A stretch of 63,178 nt of DNA from Candidatus Moraniibacteriota bacterium (GCA_023261645.1 JAHFOO010000002.1:1-63178), one strand, 5' to 3'; positions 19,632 through 28,514 are shown, counted from the first letter of the stretch. Numbers and translations are program-made. Notes: a model not told the origin generated them from the letters alone.

Positions 19632-20561
19632 ATGTTCACTCTACGAAGAAATGTTTCGCTTGCACCACTGACGACTTTTCATATAGGTGGGAAGGCAAGT
19701 TATTTCACAAAAATAGCCGGTGCTCTCGAGCTTGCATCAGCTATCGAATATGCCGAGGAAAACAATCTCCCCGTATTTATTCTCAGCGGGGGAAGTAATG
19801 TTCTTTTTTCGGACAAAGGATTTTCGGGTATGGTGATTCAGATGATGGACGGCGGGATAAAAGTATCGGGAGAGAAACTTCTCTGCGGTGCCGGAGTAGT
19901 GCTTTTGACTGTTGTGAAAACTGCCTGTGATGCGGGGTTGTCCGGCATAGAGAAATTGGCAGGCATTCCGGGATCTCTCGGTGGGGCGGTTCGCGGGAAT
20001 GCCGGAGCTTTCGGAACAGAGATCGGTAACGTGATCAACTCTGTCAAAGTGTACAATACGGATAGCGGGATGGTAAAAGAATATAGTCAGAAAGAATGTG
20101 CATTCAAATACCGCACCAGTATCTTCAAGAAGCATCCTGAACTCATTATTCTCTCCGTGGAGATAAGATTGGTGCCCGGCGACAAAGACTTGCTTCTCAG
20201 AACAGTCGATGAGACGGTTGCGATACGTGAAGCAAAACACCCGCAGACACTTCGTTGTGCCGGATCATTCTTTATGAATCCGATCGTGAAGGACGAGAAA
20301 CTGCGTGAAGAATTCAAGAACGATACGGGTGTCTCCGCGAAAGATGACAAGTTACCGGCAGGGTGGCTCATCGATTATGTCGGATTGCGTGGCAAGAGAA
20401 TCGGCGGAGCGATGATAAGTGATAAGCATCCGAATTATCTTGTGAATGTAGACGATGCCACAGCAGAAGATGTCGTGATGCTCGCAAGCTTCGTCAAGAC
20501 ACGTGTCCGTGATGAACTCGGTATACGACTGAAAGAAGAAGTGCAGTATGTCGGTATGTGA
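19632..20561 (+). CDS. murB: UDP-N-acetylenolpyruvoylglucosamine reductase
   Basis: GGSNVL, GIPGSLGGAVRGNAGAFG, AGSFFMNP, HPNYLVN. Confidence 0.95.
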   Translation: MFTLRRNVSLAPLTTFHIGGKASYFTKIAGALELASAIEYAEENNLPVFILSGGSNVLFSDKGFSGMVIQMMDGGIKVSGEKLLCGAGVVLLTVVKTACDAGLSGIEKLAGIPGSLGGAVRGNAGAFGTEIGNVINSVKVYNTDSGMVKEYSQKECAFKYRTSIFKKHPELIILSVEIRLVPGDKDLLLRTVDETVAIREAKHPQTLRCAGSFFMNPIVKDEKLREEFKNDTGVSAKDDKLPAGWLIDYVGLRGKRIGGAMISDKHPNYLVNVDDATAEDVVMLASFVKTRVRDELGIRLKEEVQYVGM

Positions 20562-20611
20562 TATGCTTATGTCATTTCAGTGTAAATGGGAATTTATTTT
20601 TCAATAAAATT

Positions 20612-20809
20612 ATGGATCAGGAAATGGAGCAGAGGTTCAAAGAACAAGATGAAAAACTCGATCGTATTTATATATCAGTCGAGAAGACGAGGAAATATTT
20701 TTTGTGGACACTTGTCGCCACGATAGTCGCTTTTGTCTTGCCTCTTATCGGTTTGGCCTTCGCCATACCATTTTTTCTCAATACGCTCTCCAGCGCGTAT
20801 GGCCTGTAG
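20612..20809 (+). CDS. small single-TM hypothetical protein
   Basis: 65 aa, coiled N-terminus plus hydrophobic C-terminal helix. Confidence 0.7.
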   Translation: MDQEMEQRFKEQDEKLDRIYISVEKTRKYFLWTLVATIVAFVLPLIGLAFAIPFFLNTLSSAYGL

Positions 20810-20856
20810 AATCGAGTATGGTATAATGGGAATGTAATCCCTTAACATACAAAGAT

Positions 20857-21207
20857 ATGACTATGCGTTTTTTGTTTCGAGGAATAGAGATCGATGAGAA
20901 AACAAGAGATTATATATTGAAGCGGATCGGGAGGATAGAGAAGCTTGTGGACAAAGTAACGATTTTCGAAGTCGAAGTCAGTCAGGACAAAAAAGGAAAA
21001 TTCCGGGTAGAGGTGATGGTGAAGACACCTCACGACACCTATCGAGCCGAAGAGATGACGGAAAGCGTCGAAGGATCTACTGATATAGTCATCGATGCAC
21101 TGGAAATCCAAATCGCGAAGAAGAAAACAAAAAGTCACGATCTGAAACTGCGTGGTAAGCGTTCCATCAAGAAGAAACTCGTGGTGGATAAGGCTGCACG
21201 ATTCTGA
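20857..21207 (+). CDS. hpf: ribosome hibernation factor (short HPF/RaiA family)
   Basis: S30AE-like pattern (YILKRIGRIEK...YRAEE...DALEIQI); upstream of secA. Confidence 0.85.
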   Translation: MTMRFLFRGIEIDEKTRDYILKRIGRIEKLVDKVTIFEVEVSQDKKGKFRVEVMVKTPHDTYRAEEMTESVEGSTDIVIDALEIQIAKKKTKSHDLKLRGKRSIKKKLVVDKAARF

Positions 21208-21348
21208 TTGATTTCGAAAGAGGTATTGTTTGAAAACGAGTATTAAAAAGAACTCTGGTTTTTTTCTGTGCTCGTGGATGTCTTTGACGTTATGATGGAT
21301 TTCTGATACAATATAGTGGTATATTTTCCCTTTTTAAAGCCATAAATT

Positions 21349-24078
21349 ATGTCATTTTTTGAAAAAATATTCGGTTCGAATGAGCGTGAGGTGAATAGAT
21401 TCCGTCCTCTGGTAGAAGCGACGAACGCTTTCGAGCCTGCTCTCCAAACACTCTCGGACGATGCGCTCAAAAACAAGGCACAGGAATTCAAAGATCGTCT
21501 GGCGAAAGGAGAGACATTGGACGATCTTTTGCCGGAAGCTTTTGCTGTTGTACGTGAGGTCGCGAAGCGAGTGATCGGTGAACGCCATTATGATGTGCAG
21601 TTGCTCGGAGGTATCGCTCTTCATCATGGGAAAATCGCTGAAATGAAAACAGGAGAAGGAAAGACACTCACATCGACACTGCCGATTTATCTCAACGCTC
21701 TCGCCGGTAATGGCGTCCACGTCGTGACGGTCAATGATTATCTCGCCAAACGCGATTGCAATTGGATGGGGCAGGTATATGAAGCACTCGGCCTTTCGAC
21801 TGCCTGTATCGTTGGACAGAATACTTCTTATCGATATGTTTCTACTGTTGCCGATACCGATGCGGTGAGTGTCGAGATGGAAAATCTCATTCCAGTGACA
21901 CGTCGCGAAGCATACGAAGCCGATATCACCTACGGCACGAACAATGAATTCGGTTTTGATTATTTGCGTGACAATATGGTGTCTTCGCTCGAAGAGATGA
22001 CACAACGAGAACTCTTTTATGCCGTTGTCGATGAAGTAGACTCCATTCTTATCGATGAGGCTCGTACCCCGCTTATCATTTCCGCACCGGACAGTGAATC
22101 GACGAAATTGTATGAGAAATTCGCTCGGATCGTACCGCAACTGAGGGAGGCGAAGCCGAAGTCCGTTCAAAATCCTTCGAACACGTCTTTGCAGAGCGAT
22201 ATGAGCGGAGATTATATCGTGGATGAAAAGATGAAAGTTGTGACGCTGACCGATGAAGGAATGAATCGTGTCGAGAAACTTCTGGGTATGGGAAATATCT
22301 ACGCCTCCGGCAATGTGGAATATGTCCATCATCTGGAACAGTCACTGAAGGCCCAGGTCATTTTCAATCTGGATCGAGATTATGTCGTGAAAGACGGTCA
22401 GGTGATCATCGTCGATGATTTTACAGGACGTCTTCAGCCGGGACGGAGATATAGCGAGGGATTGCATCAGGCTATCGAGGCCAAAGAAGGCGTGGCGGTA
22501 CAACGTGAATCCCGTACACTGGCAACGATCACTTTTCAGAATTATTTCCGTCTGTATGACAAACTTTCCGGGATGACCGGTACAGCCATCACGTCTGCAG
22601 AAGAACTGGCGAAAGTATACAAACTCGATGTGGTGGAAATTCCGACCAACCGAGTATTGGTGCGACGCGATTTGCCGGATATCGTTTACAAAACCGAAGA
22701 AGCGAAGTATCGGGCTATCGCCGATCGAGTGAAAGAAATTCATGAAAGAGGCCAGCCAGCCCTCATCGGAACAGTCGCTATTGAAAAATCAGAATATCTG
22801 AGTACGCTTCTGACACGTGAAGGAGTTTCTCATGAGGTGCTCAATGCCAAGAATCACGAGCGTGAAGCGACTATCATCGCCAATGCTGGGCAGAAAAATT
22901 CTGTCACTATCGCAACCAATATGGCCGGTCGTGGTACGGACATCAAATTAGGGGACGGTGTGCGTGAAGTAGGCGGTCTTTTCATCATCGGCACCGAACG
23001 TCATGAAGCACGCCGTATCGACAATCAGCTTCGAGGTCGTGCAGGCCGTCAGGGCGATCCAGGTGCGTCACAATTCTATGTTTCTCTCGAAGATGAGTTG
23101 ATGCGTCGTTTCGGCGGTGAGAAGATGAAAAGTATGATGACGACACTCGGGCTTCCTGAAGACGAGCCTATTCAGAACGGACTCATTTCCAAGACAATCG
23201 AGAGCGCTCAGTCAAAAATCGAAGGCTATAACTTTGATATGCGCAAGCACGTCTTGGAATATGATGATGTGATGAACAAACAACGTGAAGTGGTCTATCG
23301 TAAACGAAAGAGTGTCCTCGAGCTCAGTTCTTTCCGTGATGAGACGCTGCACCTGCTTTCTGAGGAATTGGATCATATCATCAGTTTCCATACGGCCAGT
23401 GAGGAATCACAGTGGAATACGAGAGAAATCGTTGCAGAAGCCAATGGAATGTTTCCTGCTCTCGATGAGAAAGAAACGATGAAGCGTTTGGAAATAATCC
23501 GTGAGGATCGTTCCAAAGATGACGTGGAGAAAAAAGGTTTGATTCTCGAGTATCTCATAGGCGAAGCAAAAAAAGCATATATCGAAAAAGAAATATCCTT
23601 CAGCAAGGATATGTGGAATAGTATCCAGAAAGCTCTGTATTTGCGTTCGCTTGATACGTTGTGGATGAACCATCTCGATGCGGTGGATTATCTCCGTCAG
23701 GGTATCGGACTCCGTGGCTATGGGCAACGTGATCCGCTCATCGAATACAAACGCGAAGCCTACGATTTGTTTCTAGGGTTGATGGATGCCGTTCGCAAAA
23801 CTTTCTTGACGACTATCCTGAAGATTGTCCCGAATATGAATATTCCACAGAAAGAAACGCCACGCGAGGTACAGTTTCAGGGAGCGAGTGAAGATATCGA
23901 GCAATTCCAGGACAGTAAACAGCTGACAGCGGGTGGTGAATCACAGAATACAAATACCGAACCGCAGAAACCGATCATCAATGAGAATACGGTCAATCGT
24001 AATGATCCTTGCCCGTGTGGTTCAGGATTGAAATGGAAACGTTGTGGTATGATCAATGCATCAGAGCATAAAAAATAA
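21349..24078 (+). CDS. secA: preprotein translocase ATPase
   Basis: MKTGEGKT, VDEVDSILIDEARTPLIIS, GRAGRQGDPG, C-terminal SEC-C RNDPCPCGSG. Confidence 0.98.
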   Translation: MSFFEKIFGSNEREVNRFRPLVEATNAFEPALQTLSDDALKNKAQEFKDRLAKGETLDDLLPEAFAVVREVAKRVIGERHYDVQLLGGIALHHGKIAEMKTGEGKTLTSTLPIYLNALAGNGVHVVTVNDYLAKRDCNWMGQVYEALGLSTACIVGQNTSYRYVSTVADTDAVSVEMENLIPVTRREAYEADITYGTNNEFGFDYLRDNMVSSLEEMTQRELFYAVVDEVDSILIDEARTPLIISAPDSESTKLYEKFARIVPQLREAKPKSVQNPSNTSLQSDMSGDYIVDEKMKVVTLTDEGMNRVEKLLGMGNIYASGNVEYVHHLEQSLKAQVIFNLDRDYVVKDGQVIIVDDFTGRLQPGRRYSEGLHQAIEAKEGVAVQRESRTLATITFQNYFRLYDKLSGMTGTAITSAEELAKVYKLDVVEIPTNRVLVRRDLPDIVYKTEEAKYRAIADRVKEIHERGQPALIGTVAIEKSEYLSTLLTREGVSHEVLNAKNHEREATIIANAGQKNSVTIATNMAGRGTDIKLGDGVREVGGLFIIGTERHEARRIDNQLRGRAGRQGDPGASQFYVSLEDELMRRFGGEKMKSMMTTLGLPEDEPIQNGLISKTIESAQSKIEGYNFDMRKHVLEYDDVMNKQREVVYRKRKSVLELSSFRDETLHLLSEELDHIISFHTASEESQWNTREIVAEANGMFPALDEKETMKRLEIIREDRSKDDVEKKGLILEYLIGEAKKAYIEKEISFSKDMWNSIQKALYLRSLDTLWMNHLDAVDYLRQGIGLRGYGQRDPLIEYKREAYDLFLGLMDAVRKTFLTTILKIVPNMNIPQKETPREVQFQGASEDIEQFQDSKQLTAGGESQNTNTEPQKPIINENTVNRNDPCPCGSGLKWKRCGMINASEHKK

Positions 24079-24340
24079 GAAATTCTGCCCGTCGAGGTGA
24101 GTGTCTAGGAAGTAAAAATATTTTTGGCAATAAAAAATCCTCGACATTTTATGAAGAGGAAGGGAGAGCGAGGAGGGGTTTTGGGTTGGGGGATAAAAAC
24201 GTTGTTTTATTGTTGTGGTATCTAAAGTAGATACCGACTTCCCTCAAATGTCTCCTCCATCTCCTCGCACATAAAGTATACCACGCTTATCATTCTGTGC
24301 AAGTACACGAATTTGAGGCTTATACAAAGTAATAAATACT

Positions 24341-24643
24341 ATGAAATACAACAAACTCGTGCGAGATAGAATAATTGAAATCATTGAGAGGAAGGGAGAA
24401 AAAGCATCGTATCACACTGCCACTGACGAGGAATACCGACAGAAATTGAATGAGAAATTACGCGAAGAAGTGGATGAATTTTTAGAATCGGAAAATAAAG
24501 AAGAAATGGCAGATATTTTTGAAGTGATAACATCTCTCCTCAAACTGAGTGGCTGGAGCCTCGAGGAAATTGTTTCATTGCAAAAAGAGAAATGTGAGAA
24601 GCGTGGAGGATTCGATAAAAGGATTATTCTTGAAGAATCATAA
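24341..24643 (+). CDS. MazG/PRA-PH-like nucleoside triphosphate pyrophosphohydrolase
   Basis: YNKLVRDRI, EKLREEVDEF, EEMADIFEV, RGGFDKRI. Confidence 0.85.
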   Translation: MKYNKLVRDRIIEIIERKGEKASYHTATDEEYRQKLNEKLREEVDEFLESENKEEMADIFEVITSLLKLSGWSLEEIVSLQKEKCEKRGGFDKRIILEES

Positions 24644-24645
24644 AT

Positions 24646-25116
24646 ATGACAAAGAAAATAATGACACTGTGTTTGATCGTGAAAGATGACAGCGTTTTGC
24701 TCGGTATGAAGAAGCGCGGTTTCGGATCGGGGAGATGGAATGGTTTTGGTGGAAAATTACACGAAGGAGAATCTGTCGAAGATGCTGCCAAGCGTGAAAC
24801 GACCGAAGAATGCGGTATCGTTATTCAAACGATGGAGAGAGTCGGTATCCATGAATTCGAGTTTGAGAAAGAAAGAGGAGCAATCCTCGAAGTGCACGTT
24901 TTTCGTGTGGACGCTTTTTCAGGTGAACCTGAAGAAACAGAAGAAATGCGACCGGAGTGGTTTGGTTTTTCAGACATTCCGTACGACACGATGTGGCCCG
25001 ATGATCGATACTGGTTGCCACTTTTTCTTGCCGGGAAAAAATTCCGGACAAAATTTCTTTTTGGTGAAGGAGACAATGTTCTGGAAAAGGAAGTTTCAGA
25101 GGTGGAGAATATCTGA
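24646..25116 (+). CDS. Nudix hydrolase, 8-oxo-dGTPase (MutT/NUDT1-like)
   Basis: LLGMKKRGFGSGRWNGFGGK, Nudix box AKRETTEECG, MWPDDRYW. Confidence 0.9.
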   Translation: MTKKIMTLCLIVKDDSVLLGMKKRGFGSGRWNGFGGKLHEGESVEDAAKRETTEECGIVIQTMERVGIHEFEFEKERGAILEVHVFRVDAFSGEPEETEEMRPEWFGFSDIPYDTMWPDDRYWLPLFLAGKKFRTKFLFGEGDNVLEKEVSEVENI

Positions 25117-25121
25117 GAAGA

Positions 25122-25150
25122 TTGCTTTCTCACTATCTTTAGTCTATACT
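25122..25150 (+). promoter_or_regulatory. sigma70-type promoter upstream of the tRNA scaffold
   Basis: TTGCTT-17 nt-TATACT. Confidence 0.6.
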
Positions 25151-25174
25151 TGCTTTTGTTTGAGCTGAAATAAT

Positions 25175-25536
25175 GGGCCTGTAGTCTAGCTTGCCCCGTC
25201 ACCTATTTAGGAAAGAATGTTCTATTGAGTGAGTTTTAAGACGTAGTCGCCAAACGGCTTTTGCTAACAACCAGAGAATATTTTTGCTAGAATAGGTGAC
25301 GGGGTGAAGTAAAACAGTGCATTTTCACCCCAGCACCAAAACTTTTTTGTTTGGGCTTGTAGTATAGTGGTAATACGCTGCATTCGCATTGCAGAGACGC
25401 GAGTCCGATTCTCGCCAAGTCCACATAGGATTTTTAAAGAAGTTTTGGTAGCGGGGCACGTTGCACATTTACCTGCCGTAGGCAGGGGCGCGAGTTCCCC
25501 TCCGAAGGCGGGCAGGGATTCCGCCCAGGTCCACCA
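25175..25536 (+). ncRNA. tRNA-Ala-like scaffold with four loop insertions, enclosing a complete tRNA
   Basis: GGGCCTG (25175-81) pairs with CAGGTCC (25526-32) including G3:U70, then A-CCA; GTCT/AAAC D-stem (3/4); GTGCA/TGCAC anticodon-like stem; T arm degenerate. Confidence 0.6.
25353..25423 (+). tRNA. tRNA-Ala(CGC), CCA not encoded
   Basis: Full cloverleaf GGGCTTG/CAAGTCC with G3:U70, GTAT/ATAC, CTGCA-TTCGCAT-TGCAG, GCGAG-TCCGATT-CTCGC, discriminator A. Confidence 0.92.
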
Positions 25537-25659
25537 AAATTTATCAAAGAAGTTTTGATAACATAGCACATTGCTGATTGGTCTGGAGTCTCCTATACTG
25601 TCGACAGACAGGGATTCTTCCTGGATCCACAAAATAAGTTTAATACATATTGAATTCAG

Positions 25660-25965
25660 ATGAACAAGAATTCTCCACATATACTTAATACGTCTTCGAA
25701 TCTTCTTGGATTCACCTTCCTTGTCCTTACTTCGATGAAAGGATTTGGGATTACCCAAGGAAGTTTTATTGGGGAGATAATTTCACTGTGTGTTGCGCTT
25801 TTTGCTCTGAGTAGTTTTTTCTCTTTTTCGTCGATGCATATAAAATCAGGTGAGAGAATCATACGGTACGAAACAATAGCCTCATATATTTTTTTAAGCG
25901 GATTATTTGCAATTACGATTATCTCCGTCCTTTTGGCTTTTGATATCATTATTTTGAAGAAATAG
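25660..25965 (+). CDS. small membrane protein (~3 TM)
   Basis: 101 aa hydrophobic ORF; promoter-like TTGCTG-17-TATACT at 25571-25599. Confidence 0.75.
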   Translation: MNKNSPHILNTSSNLLGFTFLVLTSMKGFGITQGSFIGEIISLCVALFALSSFFSFSSMHIKSGERIIRYETIASYIFLSGLFAITIISVLLAFDIIILKK

Positions 25966-26086
25966 GTCTTTCTTTTGGAAGAAACACGTATCTGAGTCTC
26001 TCGTTCCGCTATTGGAGTGATGGAGTTGCCAAAATGTCTCATTTCGAGTAGACTGGTTCAAGTAATAGGTTAGCGTATATTCAGAT

Positions 26087-26527
26087 ATGAAAGTCATTCT
26101 TTTGCAGGATGTGAAGAATTTTGGTAAGGCCGGTGAAATCAAAGAAGTGCGTAGCGGGTACGGATTCAATTTTCTGTTGCCGAAAGGCTTGGCAGAATTC
26201 GCCACTCCGGTCGCCATCAAGCAGGCGGAGAAATCGGTTGCCAGACATCATGAAGAAATCGGCGTGATGACTGACTCTTTCAAGAAACGAGCAGAAGAGC
26301 TCTCAGGAAAGAAAGTGACCATCAAGACAAAAGCGGAAAAAGGAAAATTGTTCGGTTCCGTCGGACGAGAAGAAATCGTGAGTGCTTTGCAAGAAGCAGG
26401 TATAACGATAGAAACTGAGTTCATAGGTATCGAAAAACCGTTCAAGGAGGTCGGAACGTTTCCTGTAGAGGCAGATTTCGGACACGGGGTAAAGTCTTCT
26501 TTCGAAGTCATCATCAAAGCCGAGTGA
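26087..26527 (+). CDS. rplI: 50S ribosomal protein bL9
   Basis: MKVILLQDV...GYGFNFLLPKG, GKLFGSV. Confidence 0.96.
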   Translation: MKVILLQDVKNFGKAGEIKEVRSGYGFNFLLPKGLAEFATPVAIKQAEKSVARHHEEIGVMTDSFKKRAEELSGKKVTIKTKAEKGKLFGSVGREEIVSALQEAGITIETEFIGIEKPFKEVGTFPVEADFGHGVKSSFEVIIKAE

Positions 26528-26551
26528 CATCACTTGAGAAAGTATTTTGAC

Positions 26552-26590
26552 AAAAGCCACTTCCTTCATCCGGAACAGTGGCTTTTTCTC
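26552..26590 (+). terminator. intrinsic terminator-like hairpin
   Basis: AAAAGCCACT/AGTGGCTTTT. Confidence 0.6.
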
Positions 26591-26612
26591 TGTAAAATAA
26601 TTTTTTCCAAAT

Positions 26613-28268
26613 ATGGCAAAAACAAAGAATAAACATATAAAATATATCTTCGTCGTCGGTGGTGTGATGAGCGGAGTTGGGAAAGGGATCACTACTTCTT
26701 CGATTGGCAAGATCTTACAATCGCGCGGGCTTCACGTCACGGCGTTCAAGATAGATCCGTATATCAATGTCGATGCAGGCACGATGAATCCGACTGAACA
26801 CGGAGAGGTATTCGTGCTCAAGGATGGATATGAAACGGATCAAGATATGGGGAATTATGAGCGTTTCCTCAATATCGAGCTTTCTCGGGATAACTATATG
26901 ACCACGGGAATGGTGTATAAATCTGTCATCGAGCGTGAACGCAATCTCGAATATGCAGGAAAATGTGTCCAGGTGGTGCCACATATTCCACTCGAAGTGA
27001 TAGCACGTATCAAAAAAACAACGAAGAAAGACGGTGCCGATGTGGCCATCATCGAAGTCGGTGGAACGGTCGGCGAGTATGAGAACATCCTTTTTCTTGA
27101 AGCCATTCGGATGATGAAAATTGAAAGCCCTGAAGATGTCATCACGGTGATGGTGAGTTATATCCCCACGCCATCGACCATCGGTGAGATGAAGACCAAA
27201 CCGACACAACACGCTGTCCGCACTTTGAATGGGACAGGAGTCCAGCCGGATATCATCGTGGCTCGTGCCAGCCGTCCGCTTGATGAGAAGCGCAAAGAGA
27301 AGATTGCTGTCTTTTGCAGTGTCCGTAAAGAGGATGTGATCAGTGCGCCGGATGTGGAGAGTATCTATGATGTCCCTTTGAATTTCGAGAAAGACCATCT
27401 GAGTGCCATTCTGTTTCATAAACTTGGATTGAAAATGAGAAGAGAGAACGGTACCTTGAAAGAATGGGAGAAAATCGTGAAGCGTATTCATTCCGCCGAG
27501 GGTGGAGTCCATATCGGTATCGTAGGAAAATATTTCAAAACCGGTGATTATGTTTTGAGTGATGCATACATAAGTGTGATCGAGGCGCTCAAGCACGCAG
27601 CCTGCAAGGTAGGGAGAAAAGCGATTCTCACATGGATCGACAGCACTGATTTCGAGGAAGATCCGAAGAAACTTGCGGAACTGGAACAGTATGATGGAAT
27701 CATTATTCCCGGCGGTTTTGGGAAACGAGGTATCGAAGGCAAGCTTGCTGTCATTCGCTACTGTCGTCTGAAGAAATTGCCATACTTCGGTTTGTGTTAC
27801 GGAATGCAACTTTTGGTCGTGGAATACGCGCGGGATGTTTTGAAGTTGAAAGATGCTCACAGTACGGAAGTCAATCCTGCTACCGTATACCCCGTGGTGG
27901 ATATTATGCCGGAACAGAAGGAAAATATGCGGAAGAAAAATTACGGTGCAACGATGCGTCTGGGGCATTATGAAGCGAAGATCATAGCAAAAACTCTCGC
28001 ACGAGAGGCATATGGGAAAGAGAGTGTTCTGGAACGTCATCGGCATCGCTATGAGGTGAATCCGGAGTATGTTGATGATTTGAAGAAAGGCGGACTCATT
28101 TTTTCCGCGACTTCGCCCGATGGAGTACTGATGGAAATCGCCGAACTGCCGAAAAAGAGACATCCATTTTTCCTCGCTACGCAATTTCATCCGGAATTTC
28201 AATCATCTCTGCTTCATCCTCATCCTTTGTTCGTCGCTTTCCTCAAGGCCTGTATGAAAAAACAATAA
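26613..28268 (+). CDS. pyrG: CTP synthase
   Basis: GGVMSGVGKG, KIDPYINVDAGTMNPTEHGEV, GLCYGMQ, RHRHRYEVN, TQFHPEF. Confidence 0.98.
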   Translation: MAKTKNKHIKYIFVVGGVMSGVGKGITTSSIGKILQSRGLHVTAFKIDPYINVDAGTMNPTEHGEVFVLKDGYETDQDMGNYERFLNIELSRDNYMTTGMVYKSVIERERNLEYAGKCVQVVPHIPLEVIARIKKTTKKDGADVAIIEVGGTVGEYENILFLEAIRMMKIESPEDVITVMVSYIPTPSTIGEMKTKPTQHAVRTLNGTGVQPDIIVARASRPLDEKRKEKIAVFCSVRKEDVISAPDVESIYDVPLNFEKDHLSAILFHKLGLKMRRENGTLKEWEKIVKRIHSAEGGVHIGIVGKYFKTGDYVLSDAYISVIEALKHAACKVGRKAILTWIDSTDFEEDPKKLAELEQYDGIIIPGGFGKRGIEGKLAVIRYCRLKKLPYFGLCYGMQLLVVEYARDVLKLKDAHSTEVNPATVYPVVDIMPEQKENMRKKNYGATMRLGHYEAKIIAKTLAREAYGKESVLERHRHRYEVNPEYVDDLKKGGLIFSATSPDGVLMEIAELPKKRHPFFLATQFHPEFQSSLLHPHPLFVAFLKACMKKQ

Positions 28269-28278
28269 GTTTGATTTA

Positions 28279-28307
28279 TTGACAAATGTATACCCTATTG
28301 ATACTGT
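28279..28307 (+). promoter_or_regulatory. sigma70-type promoter
   Basis: TTGACA-17 nt-TACTGT. Confidence 0.65.
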
Positions 28308-28313
28308 GTTTTC

Positions 28314-28512
28314 ACAGATGAGTAACAACAATTGGTTATGGACCTCGGTACGGTTGAGGCAACTGATTGGTCGAATGCTAGGCTGCTGCGTAGAATAGGT
28401 ACGAGGCTTTGAGGGTTTGCTTTTGGGTAGACCGGAACGGAGCCGACAGTGAAATAGTACTCTGTAGCCGAAAGGGGTTCGAGAGGTTTCCTTGCAGGAG
28501 ATTGTCATCTGT
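28314..28512 (+). ncRNA. putative ~200-nt structured non-coding RNA
   Basis: Own promoter and terminator; 5' ACAGATGA pairs with 3' TCATCTGT; internal hairpins; no convincing ORF. Confidence 0.55.
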
Positions 28513-28514
28513 AG

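Noticed and set aside
21352-22332. Long antisense ORFs (326 aa opposite secA; 495 aa opposite pyrG; 359 aa opposite cysS; others)
   Set aside because: Shadow frames of well-conserved genes, with no motifs or initiation signals.
25175-25536. tmRNA (362 nt, Ala acceptor, and a GTAGTC-GCC-AAA resume-like string at 25243)
   Set aside because: The candidate tag (AKRLLLTTREYFC) lacks an ...ALAA-type end and lies in the D-loop insert, not inside the anticodon-stem-equivalent helix. That helix encloses a tRNA instead. Kept only as a hypothesis for cmscan.
25175-25536. attL/attR of an integrated element at tRNA-Ala
   Set aside because: No integrase or cargo is present, and a 5' half, full tRNA and 3' half within 360 nt does not fit simple 3'-end duplication.
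28318-28398. 26-aa ORF MSNNNWLW... in the putative ncRNA
   Set aside because: It starts 4 nt from the predicted TSS inside the closing stem, has no coding hallmarks and covers under half the transcript.
28415-28450. SRP RNA helix 8 (AGACCGGAACGGAGCC)
   Set aside because: Lacks the CAGG/AGCA symmetric loop and a properly closed GNRA tetraloop.
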